A stretch of DNA of 64,000 bases from NCBI GenBank assembly GCA_943787785.1, contig CALSNT010000001.1:65423-129422 (forward strand). Direction: 5' to 3'. The stretch is from an uncultured Rhodobacteraceae bacterium (lineage in GTDB: Bacteria > Pseudomonadota > Alphaproteobacteria > Rhodobacterales > Rhodobacteraceae). The notes beneath the pieces are model-generated. The model was given only the letters and a program-made list of their open reading frames with translations, did not search any database and was not told the DNA's origin. Shown one piece after another: positions 30,929 to 39,181 of this stretch; positions within the stretch are counted from its first letter, which is position 1, and each line of letters starts with the position of its first letter. The position numbers and the translations under genes were made by a program.

Positions 30929-31061
30929 GGGTAGAGTGTACCGGATAGCGGAGCGCCCGCCCAGAGGGGCGGTGCGGGATGGTGACAGAAGGCCAGGCGA
31001 GGGAACCTGTAATGGCGCGCAATTTCAGCCCAGTATTGGCGAAGTACCGAGAGGCCTCACC

Positions 31062-31361
31062 ATGACCGACAAAGTCGACTGTCGAACACCAAATCCCGAT
31101 CGACCGGGCGTGACGCGCATTCCGAAGTGGAAGTACGAGGTCGTTCGATCTGTCGTTCTGGGTGCGCTGAGCGATGCCGGTGGGGATGGTTTGACGCTTG
31201 CTGACCTTCGCGATGACCTGCGCGCGCGAATGGGTGCGGACGACCTGTCGCTGCTGGGATCGCTTGGCTGGCACATTACGACCGTGACGCCGAGTTTGGA
31301 GGTTTTGGAAGAAATCAGCCGTGTCAAAAACAGCTCTCCGCAACGGGTCATTCTGCGCTAA
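31062..31361 (+). CDS. Hypothetical protein (99 aa)
   Basis: MTDKVDCRTPNPDRPGVTRIPKWKYEVVRSVVLGALS... Coding-like composition. Start chosen at the first ATG clear of dinB. Confidence 0.5.
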   Translation: MTDKVDCRTPNPDRPGVTRIPKWKYEVVRSVVLGALSDAGGDGLTLADLRDDLRARMGADDLSLLGSLGWHITTVTPSLEVLEEISRVKNSSPQRVILR

Positions 31362-31420
31362 GCCTTTCAATTTGCTCAGCCATGCCCCATATCAAGTGCA
31401 AGTTTGGTCAGGAGATTTGA

Positions 31421-32314
31421 ATGGACTTTGAAGACATTCTGCTAGGATTCGTCGGACAGAACATCGTTCTGTTGCTGCTCGCCGCACTGATTATCATCAG
31501 CGTTCTGATGGGCGTGCGGATCGTTCCGCAGTCGATGAAATTCGTCGTGGAACGCTTTGGGCGGCTGCGCAGCGTGCTGGGGCCGGGGATCAACTTTATC
31601 GTACCATTTCTGGATAAGGTGGCACACCGGATCTCGATCCTGGAGCGCCAGCTGCCGACCCATTCGCAGGATGCGATCACGGCGGACAACGTTTTGGTTC
31701 AGGTTGATACCAGCGTGTTTTATCGGATTACCGAGCCGGAAAAGACGGTTTACCGCATTCGCGACGTGGATGCGGCGATCTCGACCACGGTGACGGGGAT
31801 CGTGCGGGCGCAGATCGGTAAGATGGAACTGGATGAGGTTCAGTCGAACCGCGCCGACCTGATCCTGCGGATCAAGGAGCAGGTCGAGGATGCCGTGGAC
31901 GACTGGGGGATTGAGGTGACGCGGGCCGAGATTCTCGACGTCAATCTGGATCAGGCAACGCGCGATGCGATGCTGCAGCAGTTGAACGCCGAACGCGAAC
32001 GCCGCGCGGCAGTGACCCGGGCCGAGGGCGAAAAGCGGGCGGTTGAGCTGAACGCAGACGCCGAGCTTTATGCGGCCGAACAGGCGGCCAAGGCACGCCG
32101 GGTGTCCTCGGACGCGGAAGCTTATGCCACAAGCGTCGTCGCAGCCGCGATTCAGGCAAATGGGCTTGAAGCGGCGCAGTATCAGGTGGCGTTGAAGCAG
32201 GTCGAGGCCTTGACGGCCTTGGGCGAAGGACAGGGTAAACAGACGGTGGTTCTGCCCTCGGCCGCGCTGGATGCCTTTGGCGATGCGTTCAAACTGCTGA
32301 AAGGGTCGAAATGA
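31421..32314 (+). CDS. SPFH/Band-7 (stomatin-like) domain protein
   Basis: N-terminal TM segment, then VPQSMKFVVERFGRL...GINFIVPFLDKV...QDAITADNV, followed by a C-terminal Ala/Glu-rich coiled coil. Confidence 0.9.
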   Translation: MDFEDILLGFVGQNIVLLLLAALIIISVLMGVRIVPQSMKFVVERFGRLRSVLGPGINFIVPFLDKVAHRISILERQLPTHSQDAITADNVLVQVDTSVFYRITEPEKTVYRIRDVDAAISTTVTGIVRAQIGKMELDEVQSNRADLILRIKEQVEDAVDDWGIEVTRAEILDVNLDQATRDAMLQQLNAERERRAAVTRAEGEKRAVELNADAELYAAEQAAKARRVSSDAEAYATSVVAAAIQANGLEAAQYQVALKQVEALTALGEGQGKQTVVLPSAALDAFGDAFKLLKGSK

Positions 32315-32596
32315 TCTGGGCGACGTGGTGGGCCTGGGGCGCTGTGGCGCTGGGACTGGCGATCCTTGAAGTGCTGATGCCGACGCAGATTTTTCTGGGC
32401 TTTGCCATCGGCGCTGCCTTCGTCGGAGGCGTCTTCGCATTTGACTGGCCACTGGCGAGTTTCATGGCCGGGTCGCTGCCGTGGACGCTCGTGGTCTTTC
32501 GCCGCATTCTCGCTGATCGCGTGGTTGGTGTTGCGGCGATTCTTCCGGTTGCGTACGGGCAGCGTGAAGGTCTGGGAAAGCGATATTAACGACTGA
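32311..32596 (+). pseudogene. NfeD-like small membrane protein, one frame disruption near 32490
   Basis: ATGA overlap with the SPFH gene. ...SLPWTLVVF continues in the frame of ORF 32402..32596 as AAFSLIAWLVLRRFFRLRTGSVKVWESDIND. Confidence 0.6.
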
Positions 32597-32611
32597 GGTG
32601 GCGTCGCTGCT

Positions 32612-33928
32612 TCACTGCTCGACCGGCAGGCCGCTCGGGACGGATGTCGGGGTGCCGAGCCGGAAGGCCGGGCTGCGTCGGTCCGTCAGGTGGTGCAGGA
32701 AATGCGAGGATGCGGTCGACCTCGCGGTCGGAGAGCGCCATTGGGGCGAGTTCGTTGGCCTCGGCAATCGCTTCAACTTCGACAGGGTCGGTCGTCGCCA
32801 GGAAATCTTCCGCGCCCTCACCAATCCCGGCAGCACGGCCTGACTGGGATCATAGTCCTTGAGGCTGGCTACTGGATCGAGGTGATGACGCACCACGGAC
32901 TCCAACGAGGCAAAAGCTCCGGCGTGACCGTAGGGTGCGGTCTGGTCGACATTGCGCAGGCTGGGGGTGCGGAAGCGGTAGGCGTCGGCGGCATCACCGG
33001 TGACGCGCATGCGCCCGACGTCGCGGTGATGGCTTTCGAAGCGCGCCGCCTTGCCGGGGCCGATCTGCGGCATGGCGATGGCGTGGAACCGGTGGTCGGT
33101 CTGGAACTGGCCAGAGTGGCAGGTTGAACAGCCCGCTGAGCCATAGAACAGGTCCATCCCCTGTCTGGGCTGAAGCGGTCAGCGCGTCCGCATTGCCGCG
33201 CAGGAACTGATCGAACGGCGCATCGTCGGCGCGCCATTCGAACGCAATGAAATCGGCGATGACGTTGGCGATGTCGGCGAATGTGATCCGGTCCGCACCG
33301 TTCAGCGATGCGAAGGCGTCGGAGTATTCCGGGATCGCGGCGACGCGCGCGGCGATCGCCTCCCATGCGCCGCCGGGTTGCGATAGGAGGCCCTGACGCA
33401 CCAGCCGGGAGATGTCGTTCTCGTTGCCGTGCCCGGCCATTTCGTCGCCGGACAGGACCGGGAACATCGCTTGGGCCGCCAGCACCGAGTCGAACCCTGA
33501 TGACCATGTCTGCGCCCAGCGGGGTGCGGATGCCGCCGGGCTGGTCCGGGGCCGCCTCAAGCCGGCCATCGTGGAACATCACGGTAAATTCGTCGGCCCC
33601 GAGGTTGAACAGGGCCGGGGCGTTTCGGGGCACGCGTTGTTCGGGCAGGTTTGCAGGATCGGCGCGCCGCTCGACAGCCCAGCCCTGTCGCCCCGTCACC
33701 AAGTCCCAACGACAGATCGTCGGACGTTCCGGTGTCGGGATGGTGGCAGGACGCGCAGGAGGTTTGGCGGTTGCCACTGAGGATCGGGTCGTAGAACAGC
33801 AGCTGGCCCAGTCGGATGCGCTCCATATCCGCCTCGGGGAATGTCGCGTCGGCGCGGGGCAGCTCGGCGGCCAGCGCGCCGAGGGCGATGCTTGCCGGGA
33901 TCAGGGCAGCGGTCAGCCGCCGGGCGAT
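32612..33928 (-). pseudogene. Di-haem cytochrome c peroxidase (CCP/MauG family), about 5 frame disruptions; start codon unresolved
   Basis: Haem motifs CASCHH and CSTCHSGQ, with EQRVPRNAPALFNLG, FHDGRLE, AAQAMFPVLSGDEMAG, FRTPSLRNV and APYGHAGAF spread over 4 ORF fragments. A hidden alternate-frame stretch reads IGEGAEDFLATTDPVEVEAIAEANELAPMALSDREVDRILAF. Breaks lie near 33695, 33510, 33165, 32829 and 32703. Confidence 0.8.
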
Positions 33929-33929
33929 G

Positions 33930-35238
33930 TCAGACGAAGCGATTGACGTAGTTCTCCAGAATTTCCTGCCGACCCGAGCGGGGCTGTGGATCGACGCCGC
34001 CACCGTGGACACGCGCATGGATCGCTGCCAGATCGCTGCCTAGCATGGCCTGTGCTTCGGGCGTTTCCCACCCAGCGTAGCGGTCAGCCAAGGCATCCTC
34101 CAGCCCACCGTCCTCGATCATCGCGGCGGCGGCCTTGAGGCCCCGCGCACAGATGTCCATGCCGCCGACGTGGGCGGCGATCAGATCGACCGGGTCCAGC
34201 GACTGACGGCGCAGCTTGGCGTCGAAGTTGGTGCCGCCGGTGCCCAGCCCCCCCGCCTTCAGGATGTGGTAGTAGGCCAGCGCGACCTCGGGTGTGTTGT
34301 TCGGAAACTGGTCGGTGTCCCAGCCCGACTGGTAATCGTTGCGGTTCATGTCGATGGACCCCAGCACGCCGAGGGCGGCGGCGGTGGCGATCTCATGCTC
34401 GAAGCTGTGACCGGCCAGAATGCCGTGACCCTGTTCGAGGTTCAGCTTCACCTCTTTTTCCAGCCCGTACTTCTGCAGGAAGCCGAAGCAGGTCGCGGCG
34501 TCGAAATCATACTGGTGTTTCGAGGGTTCCTGCGGTTTCGGTTCCACCAGGATCGTGCCCTTGAAGCCGATCTTGTGCTTGTAGTCGACGACCATCGTTC
34601 AGGAACCGGCCCATGTGGTCCAGCTCGGCCCCCACGTTGGTGTTCAGCAGTGTCTCGTACCCTTCACGCCCGCCCCAGAGGACGTAGTTCTCGCCGCCAA
34701 GTTTCTGCGTCGCGTCCATGCAGGACTTCACCGTCGCGGCGGCATAGGCGAAGACGTCGGGATCGGGGTTGGTCGATGCCCCGCTCATCCAACGGCGGTG
34801 AGTGAACATATTGGCGGTGCCCCAGAGCAGCTTGACGCCGGTGGCCTCCATTTTGATGCCGAAAAGGTCGGTGATTTCGTCCAGCCGGGCTTCGCTTTCG
34901 GCAAAGCTGTCGCCTTCGGGGCGCACGTCGAGGTCGTGGAAGCAGAAGTAGGGCGCGCCGAGAATTTCGAACAGCTCAAAGGCGACGTCGGCCTTCAGGC
35001 GGGCGGCTCTCCATCGTGTCGCCGAACCAGGGGCGCTCGAACGTTTGCACCGCCGAATGGGTCGCCGCCGGGCCACGCGAAAGCTGTGCCAATAGGCGAC
35101 CGCAAAGCGGAGGTGGTCGGCCTGGGATTTGCCCTGCACCTCGGCTCCGGCGTCGTAGTGGCGAAACGCCAGTGGATTGGCACTTTCGGGCCCTTCGTAT
35201 TTGATCGAGGCAATGTCGTCGAAAAATCCGGTGGGCAT
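33930..35238 (-). pseudogene. xylA: Xylose isomerase, about 4 single-base insertions
   Basis: [29 protein letters not shown]...AYWHSF | [10 protein letters not shown] | [14 protein letters not shown] | [12 protein letters not shown]...GGREGY...RFLN | [24 protein letters not shown]...WDTDQFP. Breaks lie near 35083, 35050, 35008 and 34597. Confidence 0.85.
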
Positions 35239-35408
35239 TGTCGGCACTCCGTCAGCGGCAGAATCATTTGGATCTGATTGTATATCACGATTAATTCGGC
35301 GCTCGAAATTAAATAGCGAATCCTGTGACGGTCCCGGTGCCGGTTGATGCGTTGCGGAACTGCTTTTAGGGTCTGCCGCGTAAAGAAATCTCGAGCGGGC
35401 GGGCGAGC

Positions 35409-36371
35409 GTGGCAGTTGAACGAAGTGCACGGCGAAATCTGGACGATCTGTTTTGCCGGCTGGCTGATCCGGCAGCTCCGTCAGCGGACGTTGCAGATGA
35501 GCAAATTCCTGATCTCGCGCACATGGCGTCCGATCACAATGTTTCGACGATCCTTTACCGCAAGATCGGGGCTGCGCGGTTGGCAACGTTGGCCCCACAA
35601 CTGGTGGCTGAGGCCGAGGGGCTGACGGCAATCACGTTGCGGCTGGAGTCGTTGCTGCCCCGGCTGCGCGGTGCCTTTGCCGATCATGGCCTTGATCCCA
35701 TCATTGTTAAGGGCCCAGTTTTTGCGGAGCGCCTGTACTCTGATCCCGCAGATCGTCCGTTCACCGACATCGACATCGTGGCGCAGCCAGATGATTTTGC
35801 CGCCATTGGCACAATTCTTGGCGAAATTGGCCTGCATCAGTACCTGAAAGCGAGTTTTGATCGTTCGGAGGCCAATCAGGAACAGAAATGGATCAGCGAT
35901 GCTGACCCCAACTTGTTGATCGAATTGCATGGCGACCTTGTGCATTATCCGGGCTTGCGCCGTAGGGTTCGTTTGGGCCACGCAGAACTGACGGCCCTCG
36001 GCCCTGATGCCACAACCACGCTGTTTCTGACGGCAGTGGCGCATGGTGCACTCGGGCATAAGTTTCATACCCTCCGGCTGGTTCTGGACGTGCTGCAGGC
36101 ATTTCGAGCGTTATCCTTGTCCGAGCGTTCTACCCTGTTGCATCGAGCCAGAGCGGCACGTTTGCATTTGGAAACGCTTCAATCCCTTCAGCTTATCGGA
36201 ACGATGTTTGGCGATAATGATGCGCTCGAACTGGTGCGGTCAGCACGTGGCGGTGGCATCGCGCGATCCTGCATGATTGCCGGGCGGGACGTGCTGTCAG
36301 CACCCGATGCGACGTCGTCAAAGTTACGGCGCCATATGTTTCGCCTCTTCCAGCGCTATTCGGCCCGTTGA
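35409..36371 (+). CDS. Nucleotidyltransferase-family protein (PF14907/NTP_transf_5-like)
   Basis: 320 aa, GTG start. [27 protein letters not shown] fits the KG...R...DIDhhh signature of the uncharacterised nucleotidyltransferase family that accompanies HprK-like kinase/PqqD cassettes. Confidence 0.65.
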   Translation: MAVERSARRNLDDLFCRLADPAAPSADVADEQIPDLAHMASDHNVSTILYRKIGAARLATLAPQLVAEAEGLTAITLRLESLLPRLRGAFADHGLDPIIVKGPVFAERLYSDPADRPFTDIDIVAQPDDFAAIGTILGEIGLHQYLKASFDRSEANQEQKWISDADPNLLIELHGDLVHYPGLRRRVRLGHAELTALGPDATTTLFLTAVAHGALGHKFHTLRLVLDVLQAFRALSLSERSTLLHRARAARLHLETLQSLQLIGTMFGDNDALELVRSARGGGIARSCMIAGRDVLSAPDATSSKLRRHMFRLFQRYSAR

Positions 36372-37358
36372 ATGGTTGCTGCGCTGAGTGCGGTTGTTTT
36401 TTCTGCGGGATTTGTCGACTCCGCGCCGGCATTGGCCGGTTGGCTCGATGCGGGGCACCGGATTTCGGCGGCGGTGTTTCCTGCGACTGCAGAACGCCGT
36501 ATAAAACGTTCCATTCGGTATGATCATCCCGGCTCGATTTGGTCTAGCGGCGGCATACTCCGACGGGGTGCCCCTGAAGCCGAGGTCATTTACCAAGGCT
36601 TAAATTCCGACACGGCGCCGATTGAGGATATGGTGCGGCGTCTGCAGCCCGATTTGATCATTTCGTCGCACTGGATGCGCCGGTTGTCCGGTCGGCTTTT
36701 GTCGCTTGCACGGCTGGGAGGCGTCAATGTGCACCCGGCGTTGCTACCGTATTACCGCGGGCCGGACCCTTTGAATGGGATGATCATGGCCGGGGACCTT
36801 CGCAAGGCTGGCGGCGTAACCTTGCACCAAATGACCGAGCGTTTCGATGAAGGGCCGATCATTGCGCAGATTCCGCTTCGGGAATGCCATTGGACGGATA
36901 GTCTGCAAATGCGCCGAGCGCTTGGAAGTGCTCAATACCAACTGGTCCGCAATGATCTGCACCGGTGGCTTTCTGGTACGATTACGACGTGTCGGCAAAC
37001 GGGCGGGAACTGGCATGACAAGAGCGTCCGGTCGAGCCGGATCGAAGCCACTTGGCCAGCTGAGAGGTTGCTTCCGATTTCACGCCTGCTGCTTCAGAAT
37101 TCGCGGCGATTGCGGGCTCTTTCTACACCAACGGGCCCGATTCCGTTGCCCCAGGTCCTTCGTGTCATTGGTCCGCCGACGGGTGCACCGATCGCGACAG
37201 GGCGAAAATGGTTAGAATTTGACTGCAAAGACGCACGGATCAGGGCGATAGGACGTCGTCGGATTTCTATCGCACTTGAACGCCAGAGAATAAAACGCAC
37301 CCTGAGACGCAGCCTACCGCTGGAGGGACTCGAAAGTTCAACCGATGCCGGACCCTGA
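36372..37358 (+). CDS. Formyltransferase-family protein (Fmt/PurN-like catalytic domain)
   Basis: The ATG directly abuts the upstream stop. GGVNVHPALLPYYRGPDPL matches the N-x-H...SLLPxxRG motif, and GVTLHQMTERFDEGPIIAQ supplies the conserved Asp. Confidence 0.7.
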   Translation: MVAALSAVVFSAGFVDSAPALAGWLDAGHRISAAVFPATAERRIKRSIRYDHPGSIWSSGGILRRGAPEAEVIYQGLNSDTAPIEDMVRRLQPDLIISSHWMRRLSGRLLSLARLGGVNVHPALLPYYRGPDPLNGMIMAGDLRKAGGVTLHQMTERFDEGPIIAQIPLRECHWTDSLQMRRALGSAQYQLVRNDLHRWLSGTITTCRQTGGNWHDKSVRSSRIEATWPAERLLPISRLLLQNSRRLRALSTPTGPIPLPQVLRVIGPPTGAPIATGRKWLEFDCKDARIRAIGRRRISIALERQRIKRTLRRSLPLEGLESSTDAGP

Positions 37359-38363
37359 CGGCGTCAGTGTTGCCTGGGCCAGCGTTTCGCCAAATACCTT
37401 GGCCGCTGACACCAATCCGGCCTGGCCTTCAGGCACAAGCAATTCATAGGCGGGAGTTTTACGGATCAACTCGGTTAAGCAGTCGAGCGCGGCCAGATCA
37501 CGGGCGCCAAGCCCCCCCGCGCTGTGGCGCACGTTGTCTGAAACAAGGCGCGCCAACGCCTCGGCGGCGGGGAGCGCGCGCACTTCTGCTTCGGAACCCG
37601 TCCCGCGCGCCAGCGAGAAGACAGCACCTACGGGCCGTATGACATGCGGAGATATCGGCATGTGTTCGGCCAATAACTCAAGCGGCACCGCGCGCTCTTC
37701 ACGTTTTGACCAATCTGCCGTCCCTGCTAGCCAAGGCAGCATTTCGACGGTTTTGCGGTGGACATTCGGATCGCGGGCAAGTCCCCAGACAAGAAATCCG
37801 TTTTCGTCGGGGTTTGCAGACAGCACGGCTGCATCGTCATTCGCCATGGCGTAACCCGCATGCGCAAGTGCCAGCGTTGTCGTCGTCTTTCCGGTGCCGC
37901 TGGGCGCGAAGACCAACCCGAAAGATCGTCCGTCGCGATCCGCCAGGCAGGCTGCGTGAACCAGCGTCTGCCCTGTGGCTGCAATTGCGGCGTCCATTGC
38001 GTGGACGGACAGATCGAAGCTCTCGGACAGTTTCGCGTTCTCAGCCAAGATCAAGTCGGCTGTTCGCATCGCAGTATCCAGCCGCAGAGAGGCCAGATCG
38101 GGGCGTACGTACCACATCACGGAGCCAGACTCGTGAACGGTGACCGATTTGCCGTCCTGGCCGGAGCCTTCGTGCAGCAGGGTTGCATCGGCGTCAGGCC
38201 CGATTGGCACTCCACGCCAAAGTGAAAGCGTCATCGCCACTGGCAGCTCTTTTTCGCGATTGTGGCGCAGAAGCAGGCCGCCAAATATGGTCGTAGCCCA
38301 GTCTGGCGGGCCAGAGACGTCCAACGTGGCGCTCAAAAGGTCGTAGCGGGCATTGGGGGTCAT
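37338..38363 (-). CDS. HPr kinase-related (HprK-like) P-loop kinase
   Basis: P-loop FAPSGTGKTTTTLALA inside a protein of about 340 aa. Start MTPNARYD forms an ATGA overlap with the B2 stop. Its 3-prime end overlaps the convergent formyltransferase gene by 21 nt. Confidence 0.7.
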   Translation of the reverse strand: MTPNARYDLLSATLDVSGPPDWATTIFGGLLLRHNREKELPVAMTLSLWRGVPIGPDADATLLHEGSGQDGKSVTVHESGSVMWYVRPDLASLRLDTAMRTADLILAENAKLSESFDLSVHAMDAAIAATGQTLVHAACLADRDGRSFGLVFAPSGTGKTTTTLALAHAGYAMANDDAAVLSANPDENGFLVWGLARDPNVHRKTVEMLPWLAGTADWSKREERAVPLELLAEHMPISPHVIRPVGAVFSLARGTGSEAEVRALPAAEALARLVSDNVRHSAGGLGARDLAALDCLTELIRKTPAYELLVPEGQAGLVSAAKVFGETLAQATLTPSGSGIG

Positions 38364-38815
38364 GCAGTCACGGGTCCGGGAAATTCCATCAACTCGGTCA
38401 TGCCGTCCTCCCGATCGCTGATCACCGGGGTGCCATCGAGGCAGACCCAGCAATGGGCGTCCAGCTTCTTTGAGGTCAGGGATTTCTCGACAACGGCAAA
38501 TTTAAGAACCGGGTCAAACCCGGCTTTGCGCAGGTATTTGAAACCAAGCAATCCTCTGCGCATGCAGCGGCGATGGCGCATCAGGATCGGATGCTTCACC
38601 GAGCGGCGCACCCGGCGCAGAATGAAATCCGTGCCAACGCCGCCCCAACGCGGATCGGCAGGCACGTCGGCCCATGCCAGTGCAATGCTCAGGTCCGTTT
38701 CACCAATCTGATAGGGCAGTTTGCGCGCATCGAGCCAGATGTCCCAGCCCAATGACATGCGTCGGGCAACGGGCAGTGTCGGCGATTTTTCAGGCACCCG
38801 CGTCGACGACGACAC
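38360..38815 (-). CDS. Lasso-peptide B2-type transglutaminase-like cysteine protease (PF13471-like)
   Basis: RRCMRRGLLGFKYLRKAGFDPVLKFAV...LDAHCWVCLDGTPVISD has Cys, His and Asp in the spacing typical of McjB-C/B2 proteases. An alternative start is at 38758. Confidence 0.7.
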   Translation of the reverse strand: MSSSTRVPEKSPTLPVARRMSLGWDIWLDARKLPYQIGETDLSIALAWADVPADPRWGGVGTDFILRRVRRSVKHPILMRHRRCMRRGLLGFKYLRKAGFDPVLKFAVVEKSLTSKKLDAHCWVCLDGTPVISDREDGMTELMEFPGPVTA

Positions 38816-39077
38816 CGTCGTTAGCCAGCGGTGAAATCATCTCGATCAAGTCCGGGATCAGCACATCCGGCGTTACTTCAAAATCGTCGGTCATGCGGGT
38901 GGCAATGTCAGACAGGCTCGATGAACCGTCCAGTCGCCCCAGAAAATCCATCGCGGTCTCGTTGCATGTGTAGATCTCGCCTGTCGTTGTCATCAGCACA
39001 ACGCCGGTTTCGCCAACGGCGCGCATGGTCGCACTGGGCGAAAGGGTCAGGACCGAGGTGTCGGCGATCTGGGTCAT
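38790..39077 (-). CDS. PqqD-family protein (RiPP recognition element / lasso B1-like)
   Basis: 95 aa: MTQIADTSVLTLSPSATMRAVGETGVVLMTTTGEIYTCNETAMDFLGRLDGSSSLSDIATRMTDDFEVTPDVLIPDLIEMISPLANDGVV. Typical PqqD topology (beta strands, then L-N-x-T/A-x-x-x-W/L helices). Good RBS (aaggaga). Confidence 0.75.
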   Translation of the reverse strand: MTQIADTSVLTLSPSATMRAVGETGVVLMTTTGEIYTCNETAMDFLGRLDGSSSLSDIATRMTDDFEVTPDVLIPDLIEMISPLANDGVVVDAGA

Positions 39078-39091
39078 GGCGGCTCTCCTTG

Positions 39092-39157
39092 TCAGCCGGT
39101 GTGTACCCAAGCTGCTGGCGTCTGGCCAGTCCGAAACGCACCGCATAAGGTAGCCAT
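39092..39157 (-). CDS. Speculative 21-aa ORF in the precursor-peptide position upstream of the PqqD gene
   Basis: atg gct acc tta tgc ggt gcg ttt cgg act ggc cag acg cca gca gct tgg gta cac acc ggc tga = MATLCGAFRTGQTPAAWVHTG. The stop lies 14 nt before the PqqD ATG. Weak RBS (gaaag), and only 11 of 20 third-codon positions are G or C. Confidence 0.2.
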   Translation of the reverse strand: MATLCGAFRTGQTPAAWVHTG

Positions 39158-39181
39158 TGGCTTTCGGAAACGCAGGACAGG

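Noticed and set aside
35239-35631. N-terminal extension of the xylA-containing ORF (34507..35631) and the overlapping forward ORF 35344..35625
   Set aside because: Recognisable xylose isomerase sequence starts at MPTGFFDD (35238). The upstream extension is Pro/Arg-rich nonsense that runs into the nucleotidyltransferase gene. The forward 93-aa ORF is out of frame with that gene and Arg/Trp-rich.
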